From the NCBI RefSeq assembly GCF_009914755.1, contig NC_060928.1: a DNA stretch of 64,000 nucleotides; one strand, written 5' to 3'. Within the stretch, counting starts at the first letter, position 1, and every line of letters begins with the position of its first letter. The translations under genes were made by a program, and so were the position numbers. The notes under the pieces were generated by a model. The model ran no database searches. It saw only the letters and a list, made by a program, of their open reading frames with translations, and was not told where the DNA came from. Shown here piece by piece: positions 12,636-29,788 of the stretch. This DNA is from the human T2T-CHM13v2.0 reference genome, Homo sapiens.

Positions 12636-14627
12636 GTACTTATTTCCAATACCTGGGTTAATAAGGCAAAGTTGCAGAATTTAAATGACTGAAAATTTAA
12701 GCTGTTTACAACAGCCTTAACATGTCAGCATCTGAACCACTTCTGAAAAAAAGAAATTAGATCGCAATCATGATTCAAAAAAGAAAGTGATTCATTTAAC
12801 AAGCCAGGGGCCAAGGAATATGGCAAAACTCAGGGAAGAAGAAACTCTTCATTATATTAGACCAGGAAATGCTGCATAGAAGAGGCAGCATTTGAGTTGA
12901 ACCATAAAACGTGGACTACCATAAAATTTTAAAATAAGAAAATGAATAAATAAACAGTAAAATAGCTGCATTCTATTCCCAGAAATATTTGTCAAGCCAG
13001 TTACTGCATTTTAAATGGAATATGAAGACAATGATGTATTCAGAAGCACACTGTGTATATTCATCAAGGGATACTCAGATACTGATTGTGCAGCTAAACA
13101 ATATTCAGTAGATAGATAACAAAGTGCATTTTTATTATATATAGCAAATATATGTATAAGATGTATTATATTTTAGGTTGAATTTTCAACATGTGTTGCT
13201 TGTTTTCACTATCATTTGATCATATATTTAAACCTCAATAAAAATTCAATGTATGTCAGCTAGCCTTTAAAATGTAGTTTTACCTAAGCCAGAAGATGGA
13301 ATTTTCCAATATAATTTCCTCTTGTTGAGTTACTATAATGGCATAATTTCAGAAGCAATTTCCAATAAAAGTATTCAGTATTATTTTATAAATTTATGAT
13401 AATGAGGCATAATTTTCATTAAACTAAATTACTAGGTCAATAATATTACTTCAATTTGCTATAAATACAGTTTTAGAATAACAGCAGGTACACATCACTT
13501 CTGAGAAAACTCATACTTGATGCTAGAATATGAGGTAAAAATTGAATGAAGTTGAAATTATTGTTATTTTTAAGTAGCTTCTTTATTAACAGCTGTTCAC
13601 TTTGAATCACAGTGTGTGAATAGTTCATGTCTATAAATGAGCATTCTGCGATGAGAACGTGCTGGTGTTTCTATCCTATTTTCTATACTACAAATAATAC
13701 ATGGAACTTAGATGTTTCTTAGAAGTAAGTCCTACATTTTATTCTCTTACATAATGTTACTAAGAGTTATAACTTCTTCATAAGCATATATTAATATAAT
13801 CATTATTTGACCTTGTTTGGTCATTTTAAAAGGAAAGAATTGCTGTAATGAAAGGAAAATTGTTAAGAACTATGTCACAAATATGTCCAGATACTCAGTG
13901 CTCACCTTATCTATGTGGAATTGTAAGAATTATTTTCACACGAAAACTTTATATAGTAGGTTTCAACTGATGGGAGAAAGTAAATGATGACCTTGGTAAT
14001 TGTTCAAATATGCTAACACTTTTCAGTAATATTTGAAAAGGTTTTGTTAGAATTCTGGATGTATATTATTATAATGCCCATTAACAGTTGGAATGTTGAA
14101 TTAAATGTAGAATAATTAAATAGTAGGCCACATTTTGAAAAAGAATTACTTAAGAGAATTACCATCTTAAATTGCTATGAATAATAATCCTGAGACACAG
14201 GCCAAATTTAAGGCAATGTTACCCATTGCATCCCCTAAGTTTTATTGGAACATTAGTGAGTACATAAGTGTGCATAGTCAGGAAATAAACTATTCCCCTC
14301 CAGTGCCAGAGTGGTCAAGAACGACCATGTAAAGAGTGCCATGAAACAGAATCCAACAATTTCCTAAGCTGAGACGCAATAAATGTTTTCCAAGTGTATG
14401 CCTCAAAACAGAAAGCCCAATAGCCTCTTCCATAGTTGACTATGCTTAGAGGATTTTGTGATTCATTCTCCTCATTTTATATCCGGTATCCAAAATTAGA
14501 TGTGAGATCTCTCAAGCAAGAATTTTTTTTATGTACACCATTAAATGAAATAATCCACTCCAGCTTTGTATGGTGTGGATTACTCCACACAAAATGAACA
14601 TATACATACGGGTTATAGATACATGTA

Positions 14628-14653
14628 TACTTCACATGTATACATGTGAAGTA
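14628..14653. repeat. Perfect 26-bp palindrome
   Basis: tacttcacatgtatacatgtgaagta is its own reverse complement. Confidence 0.95.
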
Positions 14654-16189
14654 AGGAAAATGTATTTCTACTTTATTTGAATTGAGTATGGTCCTACGAT
14701 AAAGAAAGAGGTATACCATATTTGAGGAAAGAATGGTAAATTTCAATATTCAATTATATTCTCTATCTACTATTTACTTCTCTAAATCGATCATGTGATT
14801 TGGTTAAAAATAACTACCCAGCGTTGTCCATATTTTGTTTCTATAATACCATTTGATTCAGAAGTCTATTTTATTGAACTAGATATTCAACACACACACC
14901 AACTTCTGCAAATGATGAGTAGATTTTCTTGGCAGGCTTGCCTAGGTAGTTTTAAAAATGAATCCAGGCATTGACTGGTGTGTTTTAATTGCTATAATTT
15001 GAATAATTAATTCTATGTTTAGAAAATGAGTTCAAAGTGGTGTGTGATTAACCATGTTTAATGAAGTCATTACCTGATTAAATAGCATTTCATGTCCATG
15101 ACTGATTATATCCAAATGCTAATCAATTTGATTTAAATTGTCTATATATATTTGAATTTGTTACACTTTTGTGTTACATATGAAGGGAACTACATTAATA
15201 TTCTATTATTGATAATTGTTTATATTCTTGGATTTATCTTTACTAGAAGTACAGTATAGGGAAAAGTGTTTCAACTCCACTAGAAACAACATCTGCAGAG
15301 AATGTTCATGGCTTAGAAAATGATTTCATTTCGGAAAGCAGGGCTTTTAATCAAAGGGACTAGTTCCATTAAGAAGAAAGTTTTTTTTAATGATAAATCA
15401 GATGGCTGAATTTCTGAGGGGCTTTTTAATATATCAAGTCTACCTCTAATCTTCACACGTAGGAGGACATGCCAACCTCTCCATGCAGTTTTGAGAAAGT
15501 GAGTGATTTTAAATAAAAGAAGTTTGAACTAAATTTAATAATAGAATTCAAGAGTGTGAATAGATGTATTTTAGAAGATGGATACCAGCTGTTTTTCTTC
15601 TACACTAAGTATAGAACAAGATAAAACAAAATTAAACTAAGAAATTAGATATTCTGGGTTTTAGGATTGCTTTGAAAGCACAGATTAACTCTGTTATATA
15701 CTAAAAATGGATTACTGAGGTTGGGAATACAACACTTTTGTAGAAAATCTTAATATCTGAATAATTTCTAATGTAGTTTACTTATATAACTGCCTACCTG
15801 AAGTATATCAACACTTCATTTCTACATTAAATAGTCAAGAACTTTTCAAGGCTGCTTTATACAGCAAGTAAACATAGTGTTGTGAGAAAATTTTCATATT
15901 TTCAAAGCAAAAACAAACTTCAGAGTAAAACAGGCCATTGTTTACACTGTGAACTCAGCTCTATTGACAAAGATCTCTGGCACTACAACAAATACATTAA
16001 ATTCATACGTACACGTGCATGCCCATATGCATCAATGTTCTTCCACTACACTTTGAAAAATGTGTTCCATTTTGTAAATTCTCACATCTGAGGATAATAG
16101 ATTTTTCTATAGTTACTAGGAAACTGCTGCCAATTTCTGAATAATGCATGCAAAAACTTTGAAATTTTAAAAATGTACAGACAGATCAG

Positions 16190-16355
16190 GGTGTGTATTA
16201 TGGGATGTTTAGTAACATCTCTGGTCTTTACCAACTAGATGCTAGTAGCATACCTGCCTTCATGTCATGACAATCAAAAATGACCACATACATTTTCAAA
16301 CTGTCTTGGGAGGTAGTGTTGGTGGTGACAAAATTTCACTCAGTTGAAAATCATT
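16190..16355 (-). mobile_element. MER20 fragment
   Basis: ggatgtttagtaacatctctgg...actagatgctagtagc...gacaatcaaaaatg...cagttgaaaatcatt. Confidence 0.7.
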
Positions 16356-17081
16356 CAGATAACATTTAGATAATAAGTAATCTCTATCAGCAGCAGGTTT
16401 AGTTAATATTTACAAATATAAATTTATGACCTAGAGTTATTATATGATAATTAATATAAAAAATAAAACTAATTTAGTCCTTTGTATATAAGACTACCCA
16501 AGAAATACCTTTACGTAAGTGGATAAATGAATTAATGAATTAACATTAATATGATTAAATGAATAGAAGAAAAATAAAACTTACACTGAATATCACAATC
16601 TGAAGTCATCTTTAAAAGATACTGATAAAGTTTGTATCTGTTGCTGCTTAACTCTAAAATGGATTTTCTTATGTGTTATTTAAACATAGATAGAAGTCAC
16701 ATGCACATAACCACACTACATTTTTAAATTTCCCTAAATTTTCCAAGTTTTCTAGATATTCAGAAATAGCAAAAATAATTTAAATTTTTTATCAGTGTTT
16801 TACATTTTCAATTGTTAGTTCATTTTTATAACTTTTTGCAACAATGATAAATTTGATTTTAAATCCTTTTCTGCTTTTTCTCTATTATTCCCCGCTTTGC
16901 AGTGGATATTAATAATGTGAGGTACACATATGTGACTAATAAGAGTAGGAAGAAACTTTGATTAATTACCCTAGGTTTGCCAATTTGTTTTTTAAAATCA
17001 CATTTTTTTTCCTTCTGTCATGAGTCTAAGCTTCTACATTTGTAAGACTTTCTTTCCTAATGCCTTAGAGAAGATCATATC

Positions 17082-17225
17082 AGCTGGATGGGGTGGGTCA
17101 CACCTGTAATCCTGGCACTTTGCGAGGCCAACATTGTAGGATTGCTCGAGCCCAGGAGCACAGAAGCCCAGAAGTTCGAGATCAGCCTAGGCAATGTGGC
17201 AAGAATCACATTTTGTTAAAATATA
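17082..17225 (+). mobile_element. FLAM / free left Alu monomer
   Basis: cacctgtaatcctggcactttg...ggattgctcgagcccaggag...gttcgagatcagcctaggcaa; no right arm. Confidence 0.8.
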
Positions 17226-17757
17226 TATAAGATTTGGTTTAAAAAAAGAAATAGAAATAATAATACGATTATATTAATCTTTGTTAAAACACTCCAAGGT
17301 GACATTCTAACTGACTGAACTAACTCACAATAAGAGGAGTATTTCCTACATGAAAGCACACGTTACCAAGGAAATGGGAGACAGTTAAAAATATTTAAAG
17401 TTTTTTGGTCTCTTACATCACATTAATCTACCTGAGAAAACCCGGGTTGTATGAGATAATTATCTTTCATTCTTTTTTTAATAACAGAAACCATTAATTA
17501 TAATAAGGATGGCTTTGAAACACTGGAGAGCAGAGCTTAAGAGTAAGTAATATTAGTATCCATCTTCCAAGGCTACAATAATTTAGTTTTGCACTGGAAT
17601 TACCCTAAATAAACTAAATAGACATTGAGTTCTTTTTGAGAACAATAGATTTTCTTTCCTACATATTTCTTATCCATAACAATTTCTTTGACTTCCAAGT
17701 TAATTACTTGTTATTTCTGCCTACTCTTTATAGTTTCCTCTTCAGTCACTATGAATA

Positions 17758-18415
17758 TTATGATAGGCAAATTCCAAGATGGCTCCCAAGATTCTACTGC
17801 CTGATATACATACCTTATATAATCCCTTTCCTTGAGTGCAAGCAGAGCCTGTGAATATGATGGAACCCTTTCCACTGATTATATTGCAATATATGGACTA
17901 AGGAATTTTTCAGATATAATGAAGATCCCTAAACAGCTAAATTTGAAATAAAAGGAAAATAATATTATCTTGGATAGACCAGACCTAATCAATTAGTTCT
18001 TAAAAGAGACAAGTAGCAGCATAAAATGCTCTGTTCCTGGCATGAAGAAAGGAAATAGGCATACTATGAACCAGTGGACTTTCTTCTGGAGAAAGTTACC
18101 TAGCTAGTACCTTAAGAGTGGCCTCTGGGAACTAAGAGTGATCTCCAATCAAAGCACAGCAAGAAAACAACAGTGACTTCAGTCCTACAACCACAAGAAA
18201 CAAATTATACCAACAACCTGAATGAGATTAAGAGAACTCCAAGCTAATGATGAGACTGCTGCCACTGCCCACAACTTGGCATAGCCTTGTGAAACCCTGA
18301 GCAGTAAACCTATCTCAGACATCTGAGCTACAGAAACTGTGAGATGATAAATGAGTGTGGCAGTCAACTGCAAAGTTTGCACTAACTTTTTACCCTGCAA
18401 TAGAATATTAGTACA
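17758..18415 (+). mobile_element. MLT1E/F-like MaLR LTR
   Basis: aattccaagatggctcccaagattc, cagtcctacaaccacaag, terminal gcaatagaatattagtaca. Confidence 0.75.
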
Positions 18416-18459
18416 GACTTCTGGTAATCAAATGGTGCCTTAGAAGCAAGATAACTCTA

Positions 18460-21265
<2,806 letters not shown>

Positions 21266-23019
21266 AAGAAAATCAAACTTCCACATATATGACATCCCTC
21301 CCCACAATCTGCCCAGGACCAAGCACATGAAAAAATGTCCCTGAATGGTAGTGTTTATACTGGAAAAAGTGAACAACCAGCTACTCCACTATCTTGGGTT
21401 CCCTGGCAGGATACCTACTGCTGCATGAACCCATGCGAAGCATTGGGAGTGCCTGAAGGGGGAAATATCCCTAAAAATAGCCAGAGTCAAAGTGGGAAGG
21501 CAAAACCATCCTCAGACCTGAAATCTCTGCTCTGTGACTAGATTAGAGGCAATGCCAAACCTGAGCAGCTCTTCAGCAGCACCATGCAGTAAGCAGGTTC
21601 ACACCACAGATGTTCTGGGCGAAAACCCTTAACCAGCCTTTTCACACTATCAGAGCATAACTAAATGAAATATATACTGAAAAATCACAGAAGATTGACA
21701 AAACACAAAGTTGTTTCTCTGAGAAAATAAACAAAAGCAACATGACTTTAGCTAGATTAAGAAAAAAAGAGAAAAGACCCAAATAAAAGCAGAAATAAAA
21801 AATAAACATAACAACTAAGAATTACTAGACTATTATTAACCCCTATACACAAGAAATTGGAAAACCTAGAAGAAATAGATAAATATCTGGACATACACAA
21901 CCTTCTAAGATTGAACCATAAAGCAATATAATATCTCAACAAACTCATAATGAATAATGAGATCAAAACCTTTATAAACAGTCTCCCATCAACAAAAATT
22001 CCAGGACCTGGCCTGAAAGTTTTACTGCAGAATTCCACCAAACATTTAAAAAGGAACCAATACCAGTTATACTCAAACTCCTTAAAAAAAACTGAAGAGT
22101 GAGAAATACTTCCAAACTCAGTCTATTAGGCCAGCATTACCTTGACACCAAAACCAGAAAAAGAGACAACAACAACAAAAAGAAAACTTCAGGCCAATAT
22201 ACAGGTGAACATAGATTCATAAGTCTTCAACAAAATACTAGTAAACAAAATCCAACAGCTTATCAAAAAGATAATACAACATGATCAAGTGGATTTTATT
22301 CCAGGGATACAAGGACGTCTCAACAAACACAAATCAATAAATGTGATTCACCACATAAACAGAATTAAAAAGCAAAAACCATATGATTATCTCAATAGAT
22401 GCAGAAGAAGCATTGATAAAAATCAGTATCCCTTCATGATAGAAACCCTAAACATACTATGCATAGAAGAAACATACCTCAAAATAATGTAAGTTATACA
22501 TTAAAAAACCCACAGCCAACATAATACTAAGTGGGAAAAAGTTGAAAGCATCCCTCCTAAGAACTGGCACTAGACAAAGTTGCCTACTTTCACCAATTTA
22601 TCCAGCTACTCATCTTCCACGATCATTTAGTTTACACATTACTCTAAAATTATTTGAAGTTAACTAAGTGAATTCAACCAATGCATTATTCTTTTTAATA
22701 ATGGTGACAAATACGTTGTATTATGTTTTTCACACTGAATGTTGCAAAAGGCATGTGCCTATATATTTATCATTTTTTAAAAAGTGAATAAATGACATGT
22801 AAAGCCTTCTTCACAATATCAGATCAAAATTATTTGCTTATTATGTTTAAGATGGTAGTGATATCTAACAAATTTTGACTTCTTTCTTTTAGTATACAAA
22901 TTAAACATCTGGAAGTAAATTATTTTCTTAGCTGATAGAGATACTACTTCATTTGTTTTTGTATACTTGATAGCCTATCTAAAAATTCAGATTAATGTTT
23001 ATATTAGATTATAAAAACA

Positions 23020-23386
23020 GTCATAATTCATTGCTGCTCAATCATCAAGAGATGAAATCTACTTGCCCTTTAATTTGGTTATCTCAAGACTTCCTCTGAC
23101 AAATAGAATTTCTTAGAAGCAATTTTATGACATTTCTAAGACAGGCTTCAAGAACCATTGCAAGCTTCCTCTTTTGCTCTTGGAACCCTGGTTGTCACCA
23201 CTATCCCATTTGAGGGCCCCATATAACAGTGATCCCCAGTTGACTCACCCCCCAAAGTGTTATCAGTTAAGCCGAGGTGAACTTTGCACAAATTGTCAGT
23301 ACAGAATCATGAGCCAAATAAATGCTTTTTTAAAAAAGACATTGTGTTTGGGATGCTTTCTTGCACTGGAAAAACTGATTATACAA
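23020..23386 (+). mobile_element. Old MLT1-type LTR fragment
   Basis: acagaatcatgagccaaataaat and terminal aactgattataca. Confidence 0.5.
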
Positions 23387-23879
23387 TGTTCTAAATAGCA
23401 AATTATAGCCTATAACACAAACACACTCACATATTACTTCTTTGACCAATAATTATTATTATACTTTTTAAAACAACCAAGACCTTCAGATAAAAATAAT
23501 TACATTTACCCCAAATCTGTTACCTATTTATAGCTTAGCAATCATAATAGGGTCCAAAACCAGGAATTGTTTTCATAGAATTATAATACAATTCTTAGAA
23601 AACTACATACTTCTACCACAGCAAAAATAATTGTCCATCCAAATTGAAGCAATTAATAAATAGTATATAAATATATGTGTATAAATCACATCACCATGAA
23701 ATATAGCCTATATTTATTAACTATTAACATTCAGATATATAAAGGACATATGAATGTTGAAATGATTTATTTTTATCAATGTTGTTTTGCAAAGCTCCAC
23801 AACTTAATTTTCTAGATTGAGTGATGAATTCTACAGCTCAAATATTTTCTGTTCCATTTGAAATAATCAAGCTGCATAG

Positions 23880-26800
23880 TATGGATATTTTAACAATATT
23901 AAGTTTTTTAGTCTATGAACACAGGATGTTTTTCCATTTATCTATATTTTCTTTAATTTCTTTTATCAATGTTTTATAATATTCAATGTTTAATGCTTTC
24001 TTCTCTTTGGTTGAGTGTTTTATTCTTTTTGTTACTATTGTGAATGGGACTGCTTTCTTAATTTTGTTTTTGGATAGTTAATTGTTTTTGTATAGAAATG
24101 GGAGTGATTTTTATATACAAATTTTGTATCCTGGAATTTTACTAACTTAGTTTATTAGTTCTGACAGTTCCTTGCAAGTATTTAGGGTTTATTATGTATA
24201 TAATATTGTCTGCAGACAGATAATTTTACTTCTTGCTTTCAAATTTGTTACTTTTTATATCCATACTACCCCAAATGATCTACAGAGTCAGTGTAATTCC
24301 TATCAAAGTCCCAGTGTCATTCTTTATTGAAATGGAAAAAAAACAAACCTATAATTCATAAAGAACCAAAGAAGACTCTGAATAGCTAAATAAATCCTAA
24401 ACAAAAGAATAAAGCTGGAAGCATCAAACTTTCTGATTTCAAAATATATTATAAAACTGCAGTTATCCCAATAATATGGCACTGGCATAAAAACAGCATA
24501 TAGACCAATACAACAAAATAGGTAGCCCAGAAATAAATCCATGTATCTCAGGTCAAGTAATCTTCAACAAGAATGTCAAGAACACAAAATGGAGAAATAT
24601 ACTCTCTTCAGCAAATGGTATTGGAAAAACTGGATATTCAGATGCTGAAGAATGAAATTGTTTCCTTTTTTCACACCATATACAAAATTAATTCAAAATT
24701 AATTGAAGAATTAAATGTAAGATCTGAAACTGTGAAGCTACCAGAAGAAAACTTAGAGGAAGGGAAATACCTTCTTGACATTGGTCTACACAATATTTTT
24801 GTTTGTTTGTTTGACAACAAAAGCACAGGCAACAGAAAAAAAATAGAAAAGTGAGATTTCATCACACTAAAAAGCTCTTGCACAGCAAAGGAAACAATCA
24901 ACAAAGTAAAAAGGCAACCTATGGAATTGGAGAAAACATTTGCAAGCCATATATTGAATGAGGAGTTAATATAGAAAATATGTGGGGAATTTATACAACT
25001 CAATAGCAAAAAAACAAATAACTCTATTTACAAAATGGGCAAAAGACCTAAACTGACATTTCTCAAAAGAAGGTACATAAATGACCAACGGGTATATGAA
25101 AAAGTGCTCATCACCAATAATCATCAGAAAAATACAAAGCAAAGCCATAATGTGATAATGCCTCAAACTTGTTATAATGGCTCCTATCAGAGAGATGCAT
25201 GAAAAAAAACGTTGGTAAGGATGTGGTGAAAAGAGAAGTCTTGTACACTCTTGGTAAGTATGTAAGTTAGTACAGCCATTATGGAAGACAGTATGGAGGT
25301 TTCTCAAAAATATTAAAAATAGAAATACCTTGAAGAGGACCTTTATTTCCCTTGTTAGCTGTTTTCCTAGATATTTTATTTCCTTTGTAGCAATTGTGAG
25401 TGGGAGTTCATTCATGATATGGCTCTCTGCTTGTCTATTCTTGGTGTATAGGAATGCTTGTGATTTTTGCACATTGATTTTGTATCCTTGACTTTACTGA
25501 AGTTGCTTATCAGCTTAAGAAGGTTTTGGGCTGAGACAATGGGGTTTTCTAGATACAGGATCATGTTGTCTGCAAACAGAGACAGTTTGACTTCTTCTCT
25601 TCTTATTTGAATATGCTGTATTTCTTTCCTAATTGCCCTGGCCGGAACTTCCAATAATCTGTTGAATAGGAATGGTGAGTGAGGGCATCCTTGTCTTGTG
25701 CCAGTTTTCAAGGAGAATGCTTCCAGCTGCTGCCATTGGCTGTGGGTTTGTCATATATGGCTCTTATTATTTTGAGATATGTTCCAGGAATATCTAGCTT
25801 ATTGAGAGTTTTTAACATGAAGGGATGTTGAATTTTATTGAAGGCCTTTTCTGCGTCTATTGAGATAATCATGTGATTTTTGTCTTTGGTTCTGTTTAAG
25901 TGATGAATTACATTTATTGATTTGCATATGTTGAACCAGACTTGCATCCCAGGGATGAAGATGACTTGATCATGTTGGATAAGCTTTTTGATGTGCTGCT
26001 ATATTAAGTTTGCCAGTATTTTACTGAGGATTTTTGCATCAATGTTCATCAGGGATATTGGCCTGAGGTTTTTTTGTTGTTGTTGTATCTCTGCCAGAGT
26101 TTGATATCAAGATGATGCTGCCTTCATATATGTTCAAGAAATCTGACGAAAACAAGCAATGGGGAAAGGATTCCCTATTTAATAATTGGTGCTGGGAAAA
26201 CTGGCTAGCCATATGCAGAAAATTGATTTTGGACCCCATCCTTAAACCTTATACAAAAATTAACTCAAGATGAATTAAACACTTAAAAGTAAACCCACAA
26301 CTATAAGAACCCTAGAAGAAAATCTAGGCAATACCATTCAGGACATAGGCAGGGACAAAGATTTTATGATGAAACCGTCAAAAGCAATTGCAACAAAAGC
26401 AAAAATTGACAAATGGGATCGAATTAAACTAAAGAGCTTCTACACAGCAAAATAAATTGTCATTAAAGTGAACAGACAACCTACAGAATGGAAGAAAATT
26501 TTTGCAATCTACCCGTCTGACAAAGGTCTAATATCCAGAATCCACAAGAAACTTAAATTTACAAGAAAAAAATAACTCTATTAAAAAGTGAGCAAAGGAC
26601 ATGAACAGATACTTCTCAAAAGAAGATATTTATGCAGCCAACAAACATGAAAACAAGCTCAACAACACTGATCATTAGAGAAATGCAAATCAAAACTACA
26701 AAGGCATATTGTCACATGCCAGTCAGAATGGCGATTATTAAAAAGTCAAGAAACAACAGGTGCTGGCAAGGCTGTGGAGAAATAGGATAACTTTTATATG

Positions 26801-28195
26801 TTGGGAGCAATGTAAATTAGTTCAACCGGTGTGGAAGACAGTGTCATGATTCTTCAAAGACCTAGAACCAGAAATGCAATTTGATCCAGCAATCCCATTA
26901 CTGAGTATATACCCAAGGGAATATAAATCATCCTATTATAAAGATACATGCACATGTACGTTCATTGAAGCACTATTCACAATAGCAAAGACATGGAACC
27001 AACCCAAATGCCCATCAATGATAGACTGGATAAAGAAAATGTGGTACATATGTACCAGGGAATACTATGCAGCCATAAAAAGGAATGAGGTCATGTATTT
27101 TGCAGGAACATGGATGGAGCTGAAAGCCATTATACTCAGCAAACAAACACAGGAACAGAAAACCAAACACTACATCTTCTCACTTATAAGTGGGAGCTAA
27201 ACAATGAGATCACATGGACACAGGGAGGGGAACAACACACACTGGGGCCTGTCAGGAGGGCAGGGGAAAGAAGAACATTAGGATAAATAGCTAATGCATG
27301 TGGGGCTTAATATCTAGGCAATGGGTTGATAGGTTTAGCAAACTACCATGGCACACATTTACCTATGTAACAAACCCGCACATCCTGTGCATGTATCCTG
27401 GAACTTAAAATAAAATACAAATATAATAAATATAATATATAACATAATAAATATAATAATAAAAATAAAATAAAAATAAAACTACCATATGACTCAGCAG
27501 ACCTACTGCTTGGTATATTTTCCAAGGAAATGAAATCAGCATACTGAACATGCACCTCCGTGTTTATTGAAGCATTATTCACAATAGTCAAGATTTGAAA
27601 ACCCCGTGTACATCGATGGGTGGTTAAAAGGATATTAACATACATATGTATATATACATATACATGTGTATACCTATTGGAATATTTCTTAGCCTTAAAA
27701 TGAAGGAAATCTTATTATTTGCATCAACATGGATGAAACTGGAGGACATTTTGAGTACATTATGTTAAATGAAATAAGCAAGGCACAGAATGACAAATAC
27801 CTCATGATCTCACTTGTAAGTGGAATCTAAAAGAAAACAAACTCATAGAGTTTTCCAAAGGCTGGGGGTGAGAGGAAGGAGAAAGACTGGAGAAATGGCA
27901 CAAATTTTGATTATACAGGATAAATAAATTTTTAAGATCTAATGTACAGCATGGTTACTGTGGTTAATAATATTGTATTTCATACGTGGAATTTCCTAAG
28001 AGGATAGATCTTAAATGTACTCATAAAAACAAGAATAAAAAAGTAAAAAAAGTTAACTATCCGAAGTCATGGAAATAATGTTTAACTTGCTTGTGATGAT
28101 TATTTCACTACATATTTATACATTAAATGATAAAATTGTACACTTTAAATATATATAATTTTTAACTGTCAAATATACATCAATAAACTAAAAAA
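23880..28195 (+). mobile_element. L1MA element with a 5' inversion (23880-24256 antisense), split by a nested L1PA
   Basis: Antisense ORF2, then sense ORF2 from 24257; resumes at 27487 (atatgactcagca) and runs to an L1MA 3' end (tctaatgtacagcatgg...catcaataaa). Confidence 0.85.
25330..27470 (+). mobile_element. L1PA8-13-like L1 with a roughly 800-bp 5' inversion and about 400 bp deleted at the junction
   Basis: 25330-26128 antisense RT region; sense from about 26130 to the A-rich tail; TSD taaaaatagaaatacc / taaaaataaaactacc. Confidence 0.9.
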
Positions 28196-28603
28196 ATTTG
28201 TAAAAATCCTCTAATTTCTTTGAATATGCAGTCATAAGTATTTAAAAAGCTAGAAATATTTAGCAAGCAAACAGGCTAGAATCATTTGAAGATTACATCA
28301 ATACATATCAATGAAAGAAATAATACTCCTCATCTATGTAACTTTATTCTTTAGACTATAGCTATATATAAGCAAAACATCTTAAAAGCCAATAATATAA
28401 TTTCTCTATAAAATTTGAAATAGTTGTTCCTAATTGGTTAAGAATTTACATCTTTTTAAATCATTGATTCCCTCATGATGTGTAGTCTTAAGCGTTGGAA
28501 AAAATGTAAGAGAAACTAAGATGAAGTATTTGAAAGGCATGAAAGTAAAAAATTGAGATTTTAATTCATTCAGCTTAGATAAAACAATGAATTAAGAATA
28601 CGT

Positions 28604-28918
28604 GGCCTGGCGCGGTGGCTCACGCCTGTAATCCCAGCACTTTAGGAGGCCGAGGCGGGCAGATCATGAGGTCAGGAGATTGAGACCATCCTGGCTAACA
28701 CGGTGAAACCCCGTCTCTACTGAAAATACAAAAACAAACAAAAAAAATTAGCTGGGCGTGGTGACCGGCGCCTGTAGTCCCAGCTACTCAGGAGGCTGAG
28801 GCAGGGGAATGGCGTGAACTCATCCGGCGGAGCTTGCAGTGAGCCAAAATCGCGCCACAGCAGAACTCCAGCCTGGGCGACAGAGCAAGACTCCGTCTAA
28901 AAAAAAAAAAAGAAAAAA
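28604..28918 (+). mobile_element. AluY
   Basis: ggctaacacggtgaaaccccgtc, gagcttgcagtgag; CpG-rich; poly(A). Confidence 0.95.
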
Positions 28919-28939
28919 GTAAAACACTATATTTTTAAA

Positions 28940-29070
28940 TATATACTTGTTAAACAAGTATATCTATATAATGTATACATCCTGTTATATATATTATTTA
29001 TATGTTATATATATTATTTATATATGTTATATGCATATTTGTTATATATTATATATATATATATATATAA
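28940..29070. repeat. TA-rich low-complexity tract
   Basis: Repeated tgttatatatattattttata units and (TA)n. Confidence 0.85.
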
Positions 29071-29428
29071 CAAAGGAAAACATATTAATAATAGTCACAA
29101 AGTATGGAAAGGAAGAATAATGTCCTAAAATTAAATTGAACAAATATATTATCATGAAGTTGGAAGTATTCTTTAGCCTGCTAGCCATTAAACTTATGCC
29201 TGGTGTTCCATCATTGGAAAGCCTAGCATTTGGGAGTTATTTATATCTTACTCCTCAAGGTCATCATCTAGGTCTGATTTTTCACACATCTCTGCCTCCT
29301 GAGGGTACATGTTATCACATGGTGCACAGAGTTAGTCACTGCTGCAGATGCTGGTGTGCTGGGAGCTTGTAAAAAAGTGATGTGAGTTTTCGGAAACATT
29401 TTTGAGGAAGTATCCAAAGACAGGTACA

Positions 29429-29552
29429 GGCCGGGTGCAGTGGCTCACACCTGTAATCCTAACACTTTGGGAGGCTGAAGTGGGCGGATCACTGGAGGTC
29501 AGAAGTTCAAGACCAGCCTGGCCAAAATGGTGAAATCCCTTTTCTACTAAAA

Positions 29553-29605
<53 letters not shown>

Positions 29606-29788
29606 AATTACCCGGCCATGGTGGCAGGCACCTGCAATCCAGCTACTAAGGAGGCCGAGGCAGGAGAATCGCTTGAATCCTGGAGGCAGAGGTTTTGGTG
29701 AGCTGAGATAGTATCACTGCACTCCATGGGTGGCAGAGCAAGACTCCCTCTCAAAAAAAACAAAACAAAAACCCACAAACAAACAAAA
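29429..29788 (+). mobile_element. AluS inserted in the piggyBac 5' region, with an (A)n(TA)n(CA)n expanded middle linker
   Basis: Alu dimer; TSD aaaga(c/t)aggtaca (29416-29428 / 29789-29801). Confidence 0.95.

Noticed and set aside
12640-17080. Largely repeat-free stretch as possible coding exons or conserved elements (gtaagt near 13725, TAAT-rich 14980-15140)
   Set aside because: No recognisable protein motif or paired splice sites; conservation cannot be judged from one sequence
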